A stretch of 64,000 bases of DNA. Origin: Bacteroidota bacterium. Its GTDB lineage: Bacteria > Bacteroidota > Bacteroidia > Bacteroidales > UBA4417. The stretch lies in contig JACAAZ010000007.1 in the NCBI GenBank assembly GCA_013376995.1, forward strand, positions 135,373 to 199,372, in the 5' to 3' direction. Position 1 is the first letter of the stretch. Every line of letters starts with the position of its first letter. This document shows, piece after piece, positions 54,269 through 62,828 of the stretch. Under the pieces are notes generated by a model, which was not told where the DNA came from, did not search any database, and saw only the letters and a program-made list of their open reading frames with translations. The position numbers were made by a program, and so were the translations under genes.

Positions 54269-54280
54269 GACATGATGAGT

Positions 54281-54523
54281 CTATCTGATAAGATCCTTTA
54301 TTGCAGAATATATGGCTGCAGCTACTGATAATATTGATAAAATCAGTGTAAATACCGGGAATGAAAGGTTAAGCCATTGATCAAGTTTAACACCTGCAAA
54401 AATTCCTATCCCGATGATCGCAAACATCTGGAATGCCAGGTTAGTATACCGGGCATAGCCTTCAAGAGGTTTACGTGCTTTATCAGGCTGTGACGGTTTC
54501 TGCTTTATAGACGGATTTTTCAT
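54281..54523 (-). CDS. AtpZ/AtpI-family small membrane protein
   Basis: ARYTNLAFQMFAIIGIGIFAGVKLDQWL plus a second TM helix. The ATG at 54523 is preferred over 54580. Confidence 0.55.
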   Translation of the reverse strand: MKNPSIKQKPSQPDKARKPLEGYARYTNLAFQMFAIIGIGIFAGVKLDQWLNLSFPVFTLILSILSVAAAIYSAIKDLIR

Positions 54524-54875
54524 TGACCACTTCCTGGTTTCCCATAGTGCAGGCACCAGTGAATACAGCTCCCGGTTCAATGGCTAGTTTGTTGGTGATG
54601 ATATCCCCACTGACTATTGCACTGGCTTTCAGGCTTAGAAGCTCATACACTTTAAGATGCGCTTTCACTTCCCCGGAGATATCTGCATTTTGGCAGATAA
54701 TTTCACCTTCTACTTTTCCAGTGGTTCCCACCACCACTTTTCCCGTTGATTTGATGGTGCCTTTCAGAAAGCCATCAATACGGAAATCTCCGTTCGAATT
54801 AATATCCCCGGTAATTTCAGTTCCACTTCCGATGATGTTTACAGAAGGAGTTTCAGCTATTGGAATTTTTGACAT
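54483..54875 (-). CDS. bactofilin (polymer-forming cytoskeletal protein, DUF583)
   Basis: Beta-helical repeat pattern IIGSGTEITGDINSNGDFRIDGFLKGTIKSTGKVVVGTTGKVEGEIICQNADISGEV. Confidence 0.8.
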   Translation of the reverse strand: MSKIPIAETPSVNIIGSGTEITGDINSNGDFRIDGFLKGTIKSTGKVVVGTTGKVEGEIICQNADISGEVKAHLKVYELLSLKASAIVSGDIITNKLAIEPGAVFTGACTMGNQEVVNEKSVYKAETVTA

Positions 54876-54917
54876 GCTGAGCGTATTTACTAATTCATCA
54901 TTAGCAAATATACGGCA

Positions 54918-57647
54918 TTATTTGAGATAATACCTATTGAAGAAGTTCACATAACCGTTATATTTCTTCTCACGGTAGAAGACCGGATAATTCTCCATCG
55001 AGATCACAAAATGCTTATAATCACCCTCGCGCATTGCCGCCATTACATAATTATCGATCTTAACCGTCTTGTAAAAGTTCATGGCCGATAGGCTGTTCCT
55101 GAAACTGCTTACAGTGATCATTTGCCAGCCTCCTTCCAGGACAATGGCATTCACATTCAGGTTGTCGTTATTGAAATTTTTGCTGATGAAGTCCGATAAC
55201 CGGTTCTTGATTGCTGTAACGTTAACATTGTTCTCATTCACCATTAATATGTAAAAATGAGTTAGTGATGGGTTAACCTTGTATATGGTTGGAACAATCG
55301 TATCTCCATCATTGGATGTAATATTAGCAACAGGGGCAAGTTTGGCCGTTGAATCTGCCGCTACTGGAGTATTGCCGGAAACGTTACCTGCCGGGCTTGC
55401 AGGAATTCCTTTACCGTACTTGGTGATTAAATCCTGTGCAAGAGGTGTGACAGAACTTGACGGATAGGTTTTCACTATCTTGTTGAGCATCACAACCATC
55501 GTGTCTGCATTTTGCAATTTTCCAAGGGATAATGCTCTCAGGTATTCAAACTTGGGAAGCAGATCTTTGTCCTTAAAGGTTGAAAGAGCTTCATCACTGT
55601 ATAGAAGTACCATCCTGAACTGCCCTTTGGTATAAGCCTGGTATGTTTCTTCATAAAGACTCTTTACCCTGTTCTTTTTAGCCAGCACTTCCTTGTTATA
55701 ATCTGGATTCTGTATGATAAGTGCATAATCACTATCTGAGTAGCCGGCCATGATTTTATCCTTATATTTTGTTGCCAGTTCTTCTTCCGGAATCTCCTTG
55801 CCCATCAGGTAAAGCTGGTAATAAACCTTAAGGGCTTCTTTTGTTTGAGGGAACCTGGAGAGCAGTTCTTCAAAGGACTTAATGGACTTAATCATGTCCT
55901 CGAGGCCGTCCTTGTAAATATAACCCAGGTTCAGCAGGGCTTCTTCAATCTTTACGTTGGATGCATTTATAGCTTCAGCAGAACGAGGGATTTGTTGTAA
56001 ATAACTTTTTGGATCCTTTGGATCGATGGTTCCTGCCTCTTTCGATTTCCCTCCGGCTGTTGTGTCAGCAGGATTGCTGGATGTTGAATCAGCTTCGTCA
56101 TTAGTAAATGAGGCTACTGCTTTCTTGTTTGAAAGCCTCCAGTTGTCTTCCAGCTTACGTCTGCCCCATTTTCGCATAAACTCACTATAGCCGTAGCTTA
56201 CTGCCGAGGGATTGCTAAAATACCATCCGTTGCTGCTGTTATCCAATGGACGGTTACCAGAGTTCTGGTTCGTCATCGAATTATTCATCGACATCGCAAT
56301 GTCCATCTGTTGCTGCTGTTCTTCTTCAAGACGTTGTTGCTCTTTTTTGTTGTATTCATCAACAAGTTTTTGGATTAGTGCTGTAAGCTGGGCTTCAGGC
56401 AACCTGCCAAGCTTCTGCATACTGTCTTCATGCTGAACCACAGCAAGGTTGGTGACGAGGTCAGTCAAAATCAAAGTACGCTTATTGATATCTTCATAAT
56501 TCGGATAGTCAACAGGCAAGGCTTGTATGGTTGTATCGTAATAGGCCCTGGCATCTTCATACATCTGCCTTGCAAAACACATTTCAGCAAGTTTGAGTGA
56601 AGAAGTGGTTTTTTGGAAGTCATTGTTCACGCTGGTTCCCACTGAAAGCCTCAGGTAATGCATGGCAAGGGTGTCGTTATGCCCAACCTGGGCTAGCTCA
56701 GCTAGCGCGTAATATACCTGGTCAAGGTAATCTTTGTTTTTATTCTCCCTGGCCATTTTACGAAGCTGCTTTTCAAGCTCGCTCTTGTTGCCGGTCCTGA
56801 TATCAAAGGCTTTTGCCATATTGATACGGGCATTGAAAGCCATTTCATAATTTGAAGGCCCTTTGAGCACCTTGGTATAGTACTCAGTAGCTTTGGCAAG
56901 GTTCTTTTCCTGTTGGCTGATCTGAGCCAGAATATAGTACACCCGCATTTTGAGTTTTCGGCTGGAAGTCATCGTCAGTCCCTGTTGCAGGTAAGTCTTG
57001 GCTGCGGAAAGGTTATTATTGATGATAAAATAATCGGCGTAGACATAAGGAATCTCACGCCTGACAGAGAATGGGACCCGATGCTTGTTCATGGTTGTTT
57101 CAAACTCATCCAGAGCTGATTGAACCTCATCAAACCTTTTCTGCTGCAAACTTGTCCGGATCATCCACAGCATAGCCTGGTAGCTTGTGTTTTTTTCAGG
57201 GTACTGACGGATAATATAATCAAATGTTCTCCTGGCAGAAGTGTAATCCTGCTTGTAAAACTGGGCTTTCCCTATCAGCAGATAGCAATCATCAACCCAA
57301 CGGTTATGTTCTACTTTGTCGAAAAACAGGGAATGGCGCTGTACGGCAAGTGAAGCTTTCTCTATTGCCCTGTCCATGGAGGAGTATATCTTCCTGGAAT
57401 CGTCAGCTGATCCGAAATTATGCACAAGCAGGATCTTGTTGTAATTATCCCGCATATTCTTGTCAAGATCGATCAGTCCATTCTTGAAGCTTTCATTTCC
57501 GTTCCAGAAAATGTTGTAATGGGTGGTAAGATTATGGTAAACTCTCCTGGTAAATGTGTTTTTCTTGGTTGAACAGGAGTTAAGCATTACACTGGTTCCC
57601 AGTATAACCAAGGCAAACAGGAAATTGGTAAATATGCGTAGTTTCAA
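54918..57647 (-). CDS. TPR-repeat outer-membrane lipoprotein, PorW/SprE-like (T9SS/gliding associated)
   Basis: 909 aa with a lipoprotein signal (…VMLNSCS) and the N-terminal motif FTRRVYHNLTTHYNIFWNG. It has multiple TPR-like helices and a Q/E-rich central linker. The family call is from memory. Confidence 0.6.
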   Translation of the reverse strand: MKLRIFTNFLFALVILGTSVMLNSCSTKKNTFTRRVYHNLTTHYNIFWNGNESFKNGLIDLDKNMRDNYNKILLVHNFGSADDSRKIYSSMDRAIEKASLAVQRHSLFFDKVEHNRWVDDCYLLIGKAQFYKQDYTSARRTFDYIIRQYPEKNTSYQAMLWMIRTSLQQKRFDEVQSALDEFETTMNKHRVPFSVRREIPYVYADYFIINNNLSAAKTYLQQGLTMTSSRKLKMRVYYILAQISQQEKNLAKATEYYTKVLKGPSNYEMAFNARINMAKAFDIRTGNKSELEKQLRKMARENKNKDYLDQVYYALAELAQVGHNDTLAMHYLRLSVGTSVNNDFQKTTSSLKLAEMCFARQMYEDARAYYDTTIQALPVDYPNYEDINKRTLILTDLVTNLAVVQHEDSMQKLGRLPEAQLTALIQKLVDEYNKKEQQRLEEEQQQQMDIAMSMNNSMTNQNSGNRPLDNSSNGWYFSNPSAVSYGYSEFMRKWGRRKLEDNWRLSNKKAVASFTNDEADSTSSNPADTTAGGKSKEAGTIDPKDPKSYLQQIPRSAEAINASNVKIEEALLNLGYIYKDGLEDMIKSIKSFEELLSRFPQTKEALKVYYQLYLMGKEIPEEELATKYKDKIMAGYSDSDYALIIQNPDYNKEVLAKKNRVKSLYEETYQAYTKGQFRMVLLYSDEALSTFKDKDLLPKFEYLRALSLGKLQNADTMVVMLNKIVKTYPSSSVTPLAQDLITKYGKGIPASPAGNVSGNTPVAADSTAKLAPVANITSNDGDTIVPTIYKVNPSLTHFYILMVNENNVNVTAIKNRLSDFISKNFNNDNLNVNAIVLEGGWQMITVSSFRNSLSAMNFYKTVKIDNYVMAAMREGDYKHFVISMENYPVFYREKKYNGYVNFFNRYYLK

Positions 57648-57763
57648 AGGCGGGATGGATTAAACCTGATACATTTGGTAATTCTTAATTCGAGGGCAAA
57701 TGCCTTATATGCTTTGATCAAAATGAATATGCCCCGGATTACTTCCTATTAACTCCAATACTG

Positions 57764-57771
57764 CAAAAATA
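57764..57771 (-). promoter_or_regulatory. candidate -7 box (CAAAAATA on + strand = TATTTTTG on - strand)
   Basis: TAnnTTTG match 116 nt upstream of the minus-strand start at 57647. Confidence 0.3.
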
Positions 57772-57983
57772 TTTTATTTTTTTCAATGAGCAGCCATATG
57801 TCTGTCGGTCATTCAGTAGTTTATAGCTTTTATTCCATGGAATGCAGGATTGTAACGCTTTTTCTTACCCCGGAATCGTTAAATAATGCTAAATGATCCA
57901 TATTACCGGATGGCCTTATCGTAGCATTCCGGTTGATTTTTCAGATATTTGCACAAACATAGGTTTCGCCGATCTCCAAAAAC

Positions 57984-58880
57984 ATGAGCCGATTCCGGAT
58001 TGAAGGACAAAAAATCTGGCAACTTTTGCTGCGTAGGATAAGGGATAAGTATCGTCTCGTGATCCTGGATGAGGAGACATTCGAGGAGAGGCTTTCTTTC
58101 AGGCTTTCCCGTCTGAATGTCTTCGTAGTTATTGGTTTGCTCTCCATAATCCTGGTATTGATCACTACGTATATTATTGCGTTTACACCACTCAAGGAGT
58201 ATATCCCCGGTTATACGGATGTTACTATGCAGCGACGCATCTATGAACTGCAGCTCAGGTCGGACAGCGTTGAGCGTGCTTTGAAAGCGAATGAGGGATA
58301 TCTTAAAAATTTGCGAAAGATATTAGGTGGAGAGGATCTTTCCGATAAGCGGGACCTGGCGGTGGATACGGCAAATGTTAAGAAATACAAGAGTATTGCA
58401 GATAAAAAATCTCCTGAAGATTCCATAATGCGGGCTGATTATGAAAATAGGAGTAAATACAATCTTTTCAAGGCTTCTGATGCCGTTTCCGGTCAAACAG
58501 CCATGGTAAGGAACCTTTTCTTCTACTCCCCTCTGAAAGGTGTTATAACCAGCCAGTTTGATCCACAGCAGGCTCATTACGGTGTTGATGTAGTTGCAGC
58601 AAAAAATGAAGCTGTTAAGGCAATACAGGATGGCACAGTCATATTCTCGGGTTGGACAGTTGAATCCGGTTATGTAATCACATTGCAACATCCAGGCAAT
58701 GTTATTTCCGTATATAAACATAATTCCACCCTGCTAAAGAAAGTTGGAAGCATAGTAAGGGCAGGCGAAAGTATAGCTATCATTGGGGAATCTGGTGAGC
58801 TGAGTACAGGCCCGCATCTCCACCTTGAGATTTGGATAAATGGTAACCCCGTGAACCCGAAGGACTATATTATGTTCTAG
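57984..58880 (+). CDS. M23 family (LytM-domain) metallopeptidase with N-terminal membrane anchor
   Basis: HYGVDVVA ... GPHLHLEIWINGNPVNP; 298 aa. Confidence 0.88.
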   Translation: MSRFRIEGQKIWQLLLRRIRDKYRLVILDEETFEERLSFRLSRLNVFVVIGLLSIILVLITTYIIAFTPLKEYIPGYTDVTMQRRIYELQLRSDSVERALKANEGYLKNLRKILGGEDLSDKRDLAVDTANVKKYKSIADKKSPEDSIMRADYENRSKYNLFKASDAVSGQTAMVRNLFFYSPLKGVITSQFDPQQAHYGVDVVAAKNEAVKAIQDGTVIFSGWTVESGYVITLQHPGNVISVYKHNSTLLKKVGSIVRAGESIAIIGESGELSTGPHLHLEIWINGNPVNPKDYIMF

Positions 58881-59077
58881 AGGAGAGATAGGGGAAAAGG
58901 GGACAAGGAGTGAGTCGCCCAATAGTCAAACAATAGTCATTCATTGGTCACTCAATTGTTAATTGAAAGGAAAGCATTAAACCGGGAGCAAGGTTCTATG
59001 TAATTAATAAAGATATTCAATCCAAAACCAATAACGTATTACCGGTAACCTATAACCTATAACTAATCACCTGCACC
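58881..59077. repeat. mosaic repeat spacer upstream of dxr (region E)
   Basis: GGGGAAAAGGGGACAAGG words, an 11-mer array CAATAGTCAAA / CAATAGTCATT / CATTGGTCACT (58920..58952), and CCAATAAC and CCTATAAC words just before dxr. Confidence 0.85.
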
Positions 59078-60241
59078 CTGAAACGAAGAATAGCCATACT
59101 TGGATCTACAGGCTCCATTGGAACACAGGCGCTGGAAGTCATTCGCGACCATCCCCGTGAACTGGATGTCGAAGTGCTTACTGCACATTCCAATGCCCCC
59201 CTTCTTATCAGGCAGGCCCTGGAATTCAAGCCCAATGTTGTGGTTATTGCTAAGGAGAGCATGTACGAAAAGGTACATGAAGCCCTGGATCCTTTTGACA
59301 TCAAAGTATATGCTGGAGAAGAGTCCATTTCGCAGGTTGTTGCAATGGATACAATCGACATGGTGCTTGTAGCCCTGGTAGGATTTTCGGGACTGAAGCC
59401 GACCATTGAAGCCATCAAGGCACAAAAACCCATTGCTCTTGCAAATAAGGAGACATTGGTGGTAGCAGGTGAACTCGTCACCCGTCTTGCTAAGGAGAAA
59501 GGTGTTAACATTTACCCAGTTGACTCTGAGCATTCGGCGATCTTTCAATGCCTTGCCGGGGAATTCCATAACCCGGTCGAAAAAGTTATCCTCACCGCCT
59601 CCGGCGGGCCATTTAGGGGAATGGACCGCAAAGCATTGGAAAAAGTAAGCAAGGACCAGGCCCTTAATCATCCAAACTGGAAAATGGGCTGTAAGGTCAC
59701 TATTGACTCTGCTTCTATGATGAACAAAGGTCTTGAGGTTATTGAAGCCTGCTGGCTATTTGGGCTCAAACCTGAACAGGTTGATGTGATCATTCATCCG
59801 CAGAGTATTATTCACTCCCTTGTGCAGTTTACTGACGGAGCGATGAAAGCCCAAATGGGGCTGCCTGACATGCGCCTTCCCATTCAATATGCTCTTGGAT
59901 ATCCACAGCGGATGAAATCTTCATTTCCGCGGTTTAACTTCCTGGATTATCCCCAACTGACTTTCCAGGCTCCGGACCATGAAGCTTTCCCCTGCCTGGA
60001 TCTTGCCTACAGCGCAATGAAAAAGGGTGGAAATATGCCTTGTGTGATGAATGCGGCGGATGAAATTGCAGTGCATGCTTTCCTTCGTGAAGAGATCAGT
60101 TTCCTCCAGATCCCTGAACTCATTGAACAATGCATGAACACTTCAGGTTTCATTCAAGCTCCAGGCTTTGACGAGTTTATGCTGACGGACCAGGAAACCA
60201 GGATGCTGGCAAATGAGGTATTGCGTAAAATGAAACGATGA
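59078..60241 (+). CDS. dxr: 1-deoxy-D-xylulose 5-phosphate reductoisomerase
   Basis: (L/M)KRRIAILGSTGSIGTQALEVI NADPH motif, NKGLEVIEA, 3' end at 60241. The 5' end is uncertain. The conserved N-terminus lies upstream of the first GTG (59174) with no ATG/GTG/TTG after the in-frame stop at 59060; CTG at 59078 is proposed. Confidence 0.85.
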   Translation: MKRRIAILGSTGSIGTQALEVIRDHPRELDVEVLTAHSNAPLLIRQALEFKPNVVVIAKESMYEKVHEALDPFDIKVYAGEESISQVVAMDTIDMVLVALVGFSGLKPTIEAIKAQKPIALANKETLVVAGELVTRLAKEKGVNIYPVDSEHSAIFQCLAGEFHNPVEKVILTASGGPFRGMDRKALEKVSKDQALNHPNWKMGCKVTIDSASMMNKGLEVIEACWLFGLKPEQVDVIIHPQSIIHSLVQFTDGAMKAQMGLPDMRLPIQYALGYPQRMKSSFPRFNFLDYPQLTFQAPDHEAFPCLDLAYSAMKKGGNMPCVMNAADEIAVHAFLREEISFLQIPELIEQCMNTSGFIQAPGFDEFMLTDQETRMLANEVLRKMKR

Positions 60242-60509
60242 TCGTCTTACCTTTGCAGGGAGAGGCAGTGGTCACACAATAGTCAAACAATGGTCAAACA
60301 ATGGTCAAACAATGGTCAAACAATGGTCAAACAATGGTCATTTCCGTCGGCTGACGGATCATTCAATTGGCGTAGGGCATAGCGCTTAGAGGGGGTAATA
60401 AGGAGATAAAAGCTTTGCATCTTTGCGCCTTTGCGAGAGAAAGAATAGTCAGACAAGAACGAACAAACAATAACCAATAACTCATAACACATTATCCTTC
60501 AACATATAT
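60242..60509. repeat. mosaic repeat spacer between dxr and rseP (region F)
   Basis: 11-mer array TGGTCAAACAA x about 7 (60269..60345, four perfect copies), the 16-bp inverted repeat (60343..60358) and GCATAGCGCTTAG. It also has CTTTGCATCTTTGCGCCTTTGCG and a 48-nt G-free CCAATAAC/CTCATAAC leader (60462..60509). Confidence 0.92.
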
Positions 60510-61835
60510 ATGGTCATATTAATAAAAGCTGCACAACTACTCCTGAGTCTGTCGATCCTTGTGATCTTTCATGAATTCGGACATTATATTGCCGCCAAGA
60601 TTTTCAAAACACGTGTAGAGAAGTTTTACCTCTTTTTCGATCCCTGGTTCTCACTCTTTAAATTCAAAAAAGGCGAGACTGAATATGGAGTGGGCTGGCT
60701 TCCTCTTGGTGGATATGTCAAGATATCCGGGATGATTGATGAGTCCATGGACAAGGAAGCCATGAAACTTCCGCCTCAGCCATGGGAATTTCGTTCGAAA
60801 CCAGCATGGCAGAGACTGATCATTATGCTTGGTGGTGTTACGGTTAACATTCTTCTGGCTATCGGGATTTATATTATCACCCTGGCAGCATGGGGAGATG
60901 AATATCTTCCCACCAGCGAAGTAAGATTCGGGATTACCGTTGATTCAGTTGGTCAGCAACTTGGATTGAAGAACGGGGACAAGATTTTGAGTGTCGACAA
61001 CCAGGTGGTTGAAGATTTTACAAAGATTCCGGGCAGGATCATCCTTGAAAATGCCAAAACTATCCAGATTGAACGCGAAGGACAGAAGATGGAAGTCAAT
61101 GTCCCAATGGGTTTTATTTCAAAACTTATCAAGCACCAGTCTGCTGATTTCATCAATGTGAGGATACCTTTCGAAGTTGCTGAATTCTCCAAAAGTTCAC
61201 TGGCTCCGGCTGCAGGTATGAAGATTGGGGATAAAATCATAGGGCTTAATGAGTTATCTACACCCTGGTTTGATCAATTCAAATCGGAGTTGGGAAAGAT
61301 GAAGAACAAGGAAGTGACAGTGGTTGCCCTTCGCGGAGTTGATACTGTAAGAATGAAGGTAAAAGTTCCATCCACCGGTATTCTTGGTATTGCTCCCCAA
61401 TTGCCAATAAAATACTTTTCTTTTAAAGAGAGGCATTATAATATCCTCCAGGCAATCCCTGCAGGCGTATCAAAAGCCTATGCCGGTGTGGGGAATTACC
61501 TGAAACAACTTAAACTCATCTTCTCACCTGAGGTCAAAGCCTACGAATCAGTGGGTGGTTTTATTACTATTGGAAAGATATTCCCTTCCACCTGGGATTG
61601 GGGTGCTTTCTGGGGATTAACGGCCTTCCTGAGCATTATGCTTGCTATCCTTAACGTTTTGCCTATCCCTGCCCTGGATGGAGGCCACGTGCTCTTCCTG
61701 CTCTTTGAGATTGTTACAGGCCGGAAGCCAAGCGATAAATTCCTCGAATATGCCCAGATCGTTGGTATGGTTCTCCTTTTTGGCTTACTGATATTCGCCA
61801 ACGGGAATGATATTATCAAGTTATTCAGGCATTGA
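60510..61835 (+). CDS. rseP: RIP site-2 metalloprotease RseP
   Basis: HEFGHY zinc motif, a PDZ-like middle region and NVLPIPALDGGH. Confidence 0.93.
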   Translation: MVILIKAAQLLLSLSILVIFHEFGHYIAAKIFKTRVEKFYLFFDPWFSLFKFKKGETEYGVGWLPLGGYVKISGMIDESMDKEAMKLPPQPWEFRSKPAWQRLIIMLGGVTVNILLAIGIYIITLAAWGDEYLPTSEVRFGITVDSVGQQLGLKNGDKILSVDNQVVEDFTKIPGRIILENAKTIQIEREGQKMEVNVPMGFISKLIKHQSADFINVRIPFEVAEFSKSSLAPAAGMKIGDKIIGLNELSTPWFDQFKSELGKMKNKEVTVVALRGVDTVRMKVKVPSTGILGIAPQLPIKYFSFKERHYNILQAIPAGVSKAYAGVGNYLKQLKLIFSPEVKAYESVGGFITIGKIFPSTWDWGAFWGLTAFLSIMLAILNVLPIPALDGGHVLFLLFEIVTGRKPSDKFLEYAQIVGMVLLFGLLIFANGNDIIKLFRH

Positions 61836-61921
61836 TGGCTGCAATTGTAATCTCAGCAAATAATTACTGAGGTTCACAAAAACAGTTAGCCATAAGTTTG
61901 TTCTTTAGTAGAAGCTCCGAT

Positions 61922-62485
61922 TTATTCGAAGATCACTTCCTTTGCTTTTATCAGCATTCCCGGGGATCTAAATTCAAGGACATCGCCTTTCCTATTGTAG
62001 CTCAGTACCAGGTCCCCGGGGTTTTCATAAATAATATCCAACGGTAATGCACCTGTCGCAGGATTGGTGATGTTAATCTGTTTACCCAGTATTTGTTTTT
62101 TTACCTCTTCACCTTCAACAGCAAAAGAATACATTATCTGGTGAGCGAAATTATTCCCATAGTTAATGAAGTAATAGGGTGTTCCAGTTTCAGGTACTTT
62201 GATAATGAGTCCTTTCTGCGTTGCCATTGTTTCGGTTGTTGTTTCACCAACAGGGGCCAGAACCAGGAATTGAGCCTTGTCTTCTGTTTTACCGGGTTCT
62301 GAATTGAACCTTACATGCGCGATCTGTGATGAATCGATCCTGATGGTGGTAACATAAGTCCTGCCGTTCTGGGCTTTGGAGCGAATTGTGTATTCCTTGC
62401 CCAGTTGATAATTGAACTGGCAAATTGCATTTTGAAATAACAGTATAATTGCGAAACCGGTCGCAAACACTCTGATTTTTTTCAT
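61922..62485 (-). CDS. hypothetical secreted protein
   Basis: 187 aa with a signal peptide (MKKIRVFATGFAIILLFQNAICQ). I recognise no family. Confidence 0.6.
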   Translation of the reverse strand: MKKIRVFATGFAIILLFQNAICQFNYQLGKEYTIRSKAQNGRTYVTTIRIDSSQIAHVRFNSEPGKTEDKAQFLVLAPVGETTTETMATQKGLIIKVPETGTPYYFINYGNNFAHQIMYSFAVEGEEVKKQILGKQINITNPATGALPLDIIYENPGDLVLSYNRKGDVLEFRSPGMLIKAKEVIFE

Positions 62486-62828
62486 AATAAATAGTTTTTA
62501 AGGTGAAAATTATGGATCTATTATAAACCAGGGATTTCCAGATAACTTTCTCAATAAATAAAGCCGTGTAATATATCAGGGAGTATTTTGAGTGCCAGGA
62601 TTCAGATTGATAACGGATAAACCCGGCTGGTATTTCAAATGAACCGATCAAAATTCCTTCATGCTGCAATTGCTCACATTGATTAAATATTTCTGATTCC
62701 AATAAGAAATAATACTGCATGAAATGAAATATTAATACTTCTCAGGTATTCAGAGTTCAATCATTGTCAGGGATTTACTTGTGTAGATTGCTCAAAGGCA
62801 ACCAGGTAAGTTATAGAATTTTATATGC

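Noticed and set aside
59050-59671. Minus-strand ORFs 59050..59511 and 59063..59671, and + ORF 59100..59372
   Set aside because: They are antisense or out of frame relative to dxr, whose conserved motifs (GSTGSIG, NKGLEVIEA) define the true frame.
60269-60345. Tandem array considered as a possible CRISPR or mini-CRISPR
   Set aside because: The unit is only 11 nt with no unique spacers between copies, and no cas genes are present in the window. It is a simple tandem repeat.
62289-62720. 143-aa minus-strand ORF overlapping the 5' part of 61922..62485
   Set aside because: It overlaps a signal-peptide-bearing ORF in another frame by about 200 nt and has no recognisable motif. Only the upstream ~75 codons are free, which is insufficient support.
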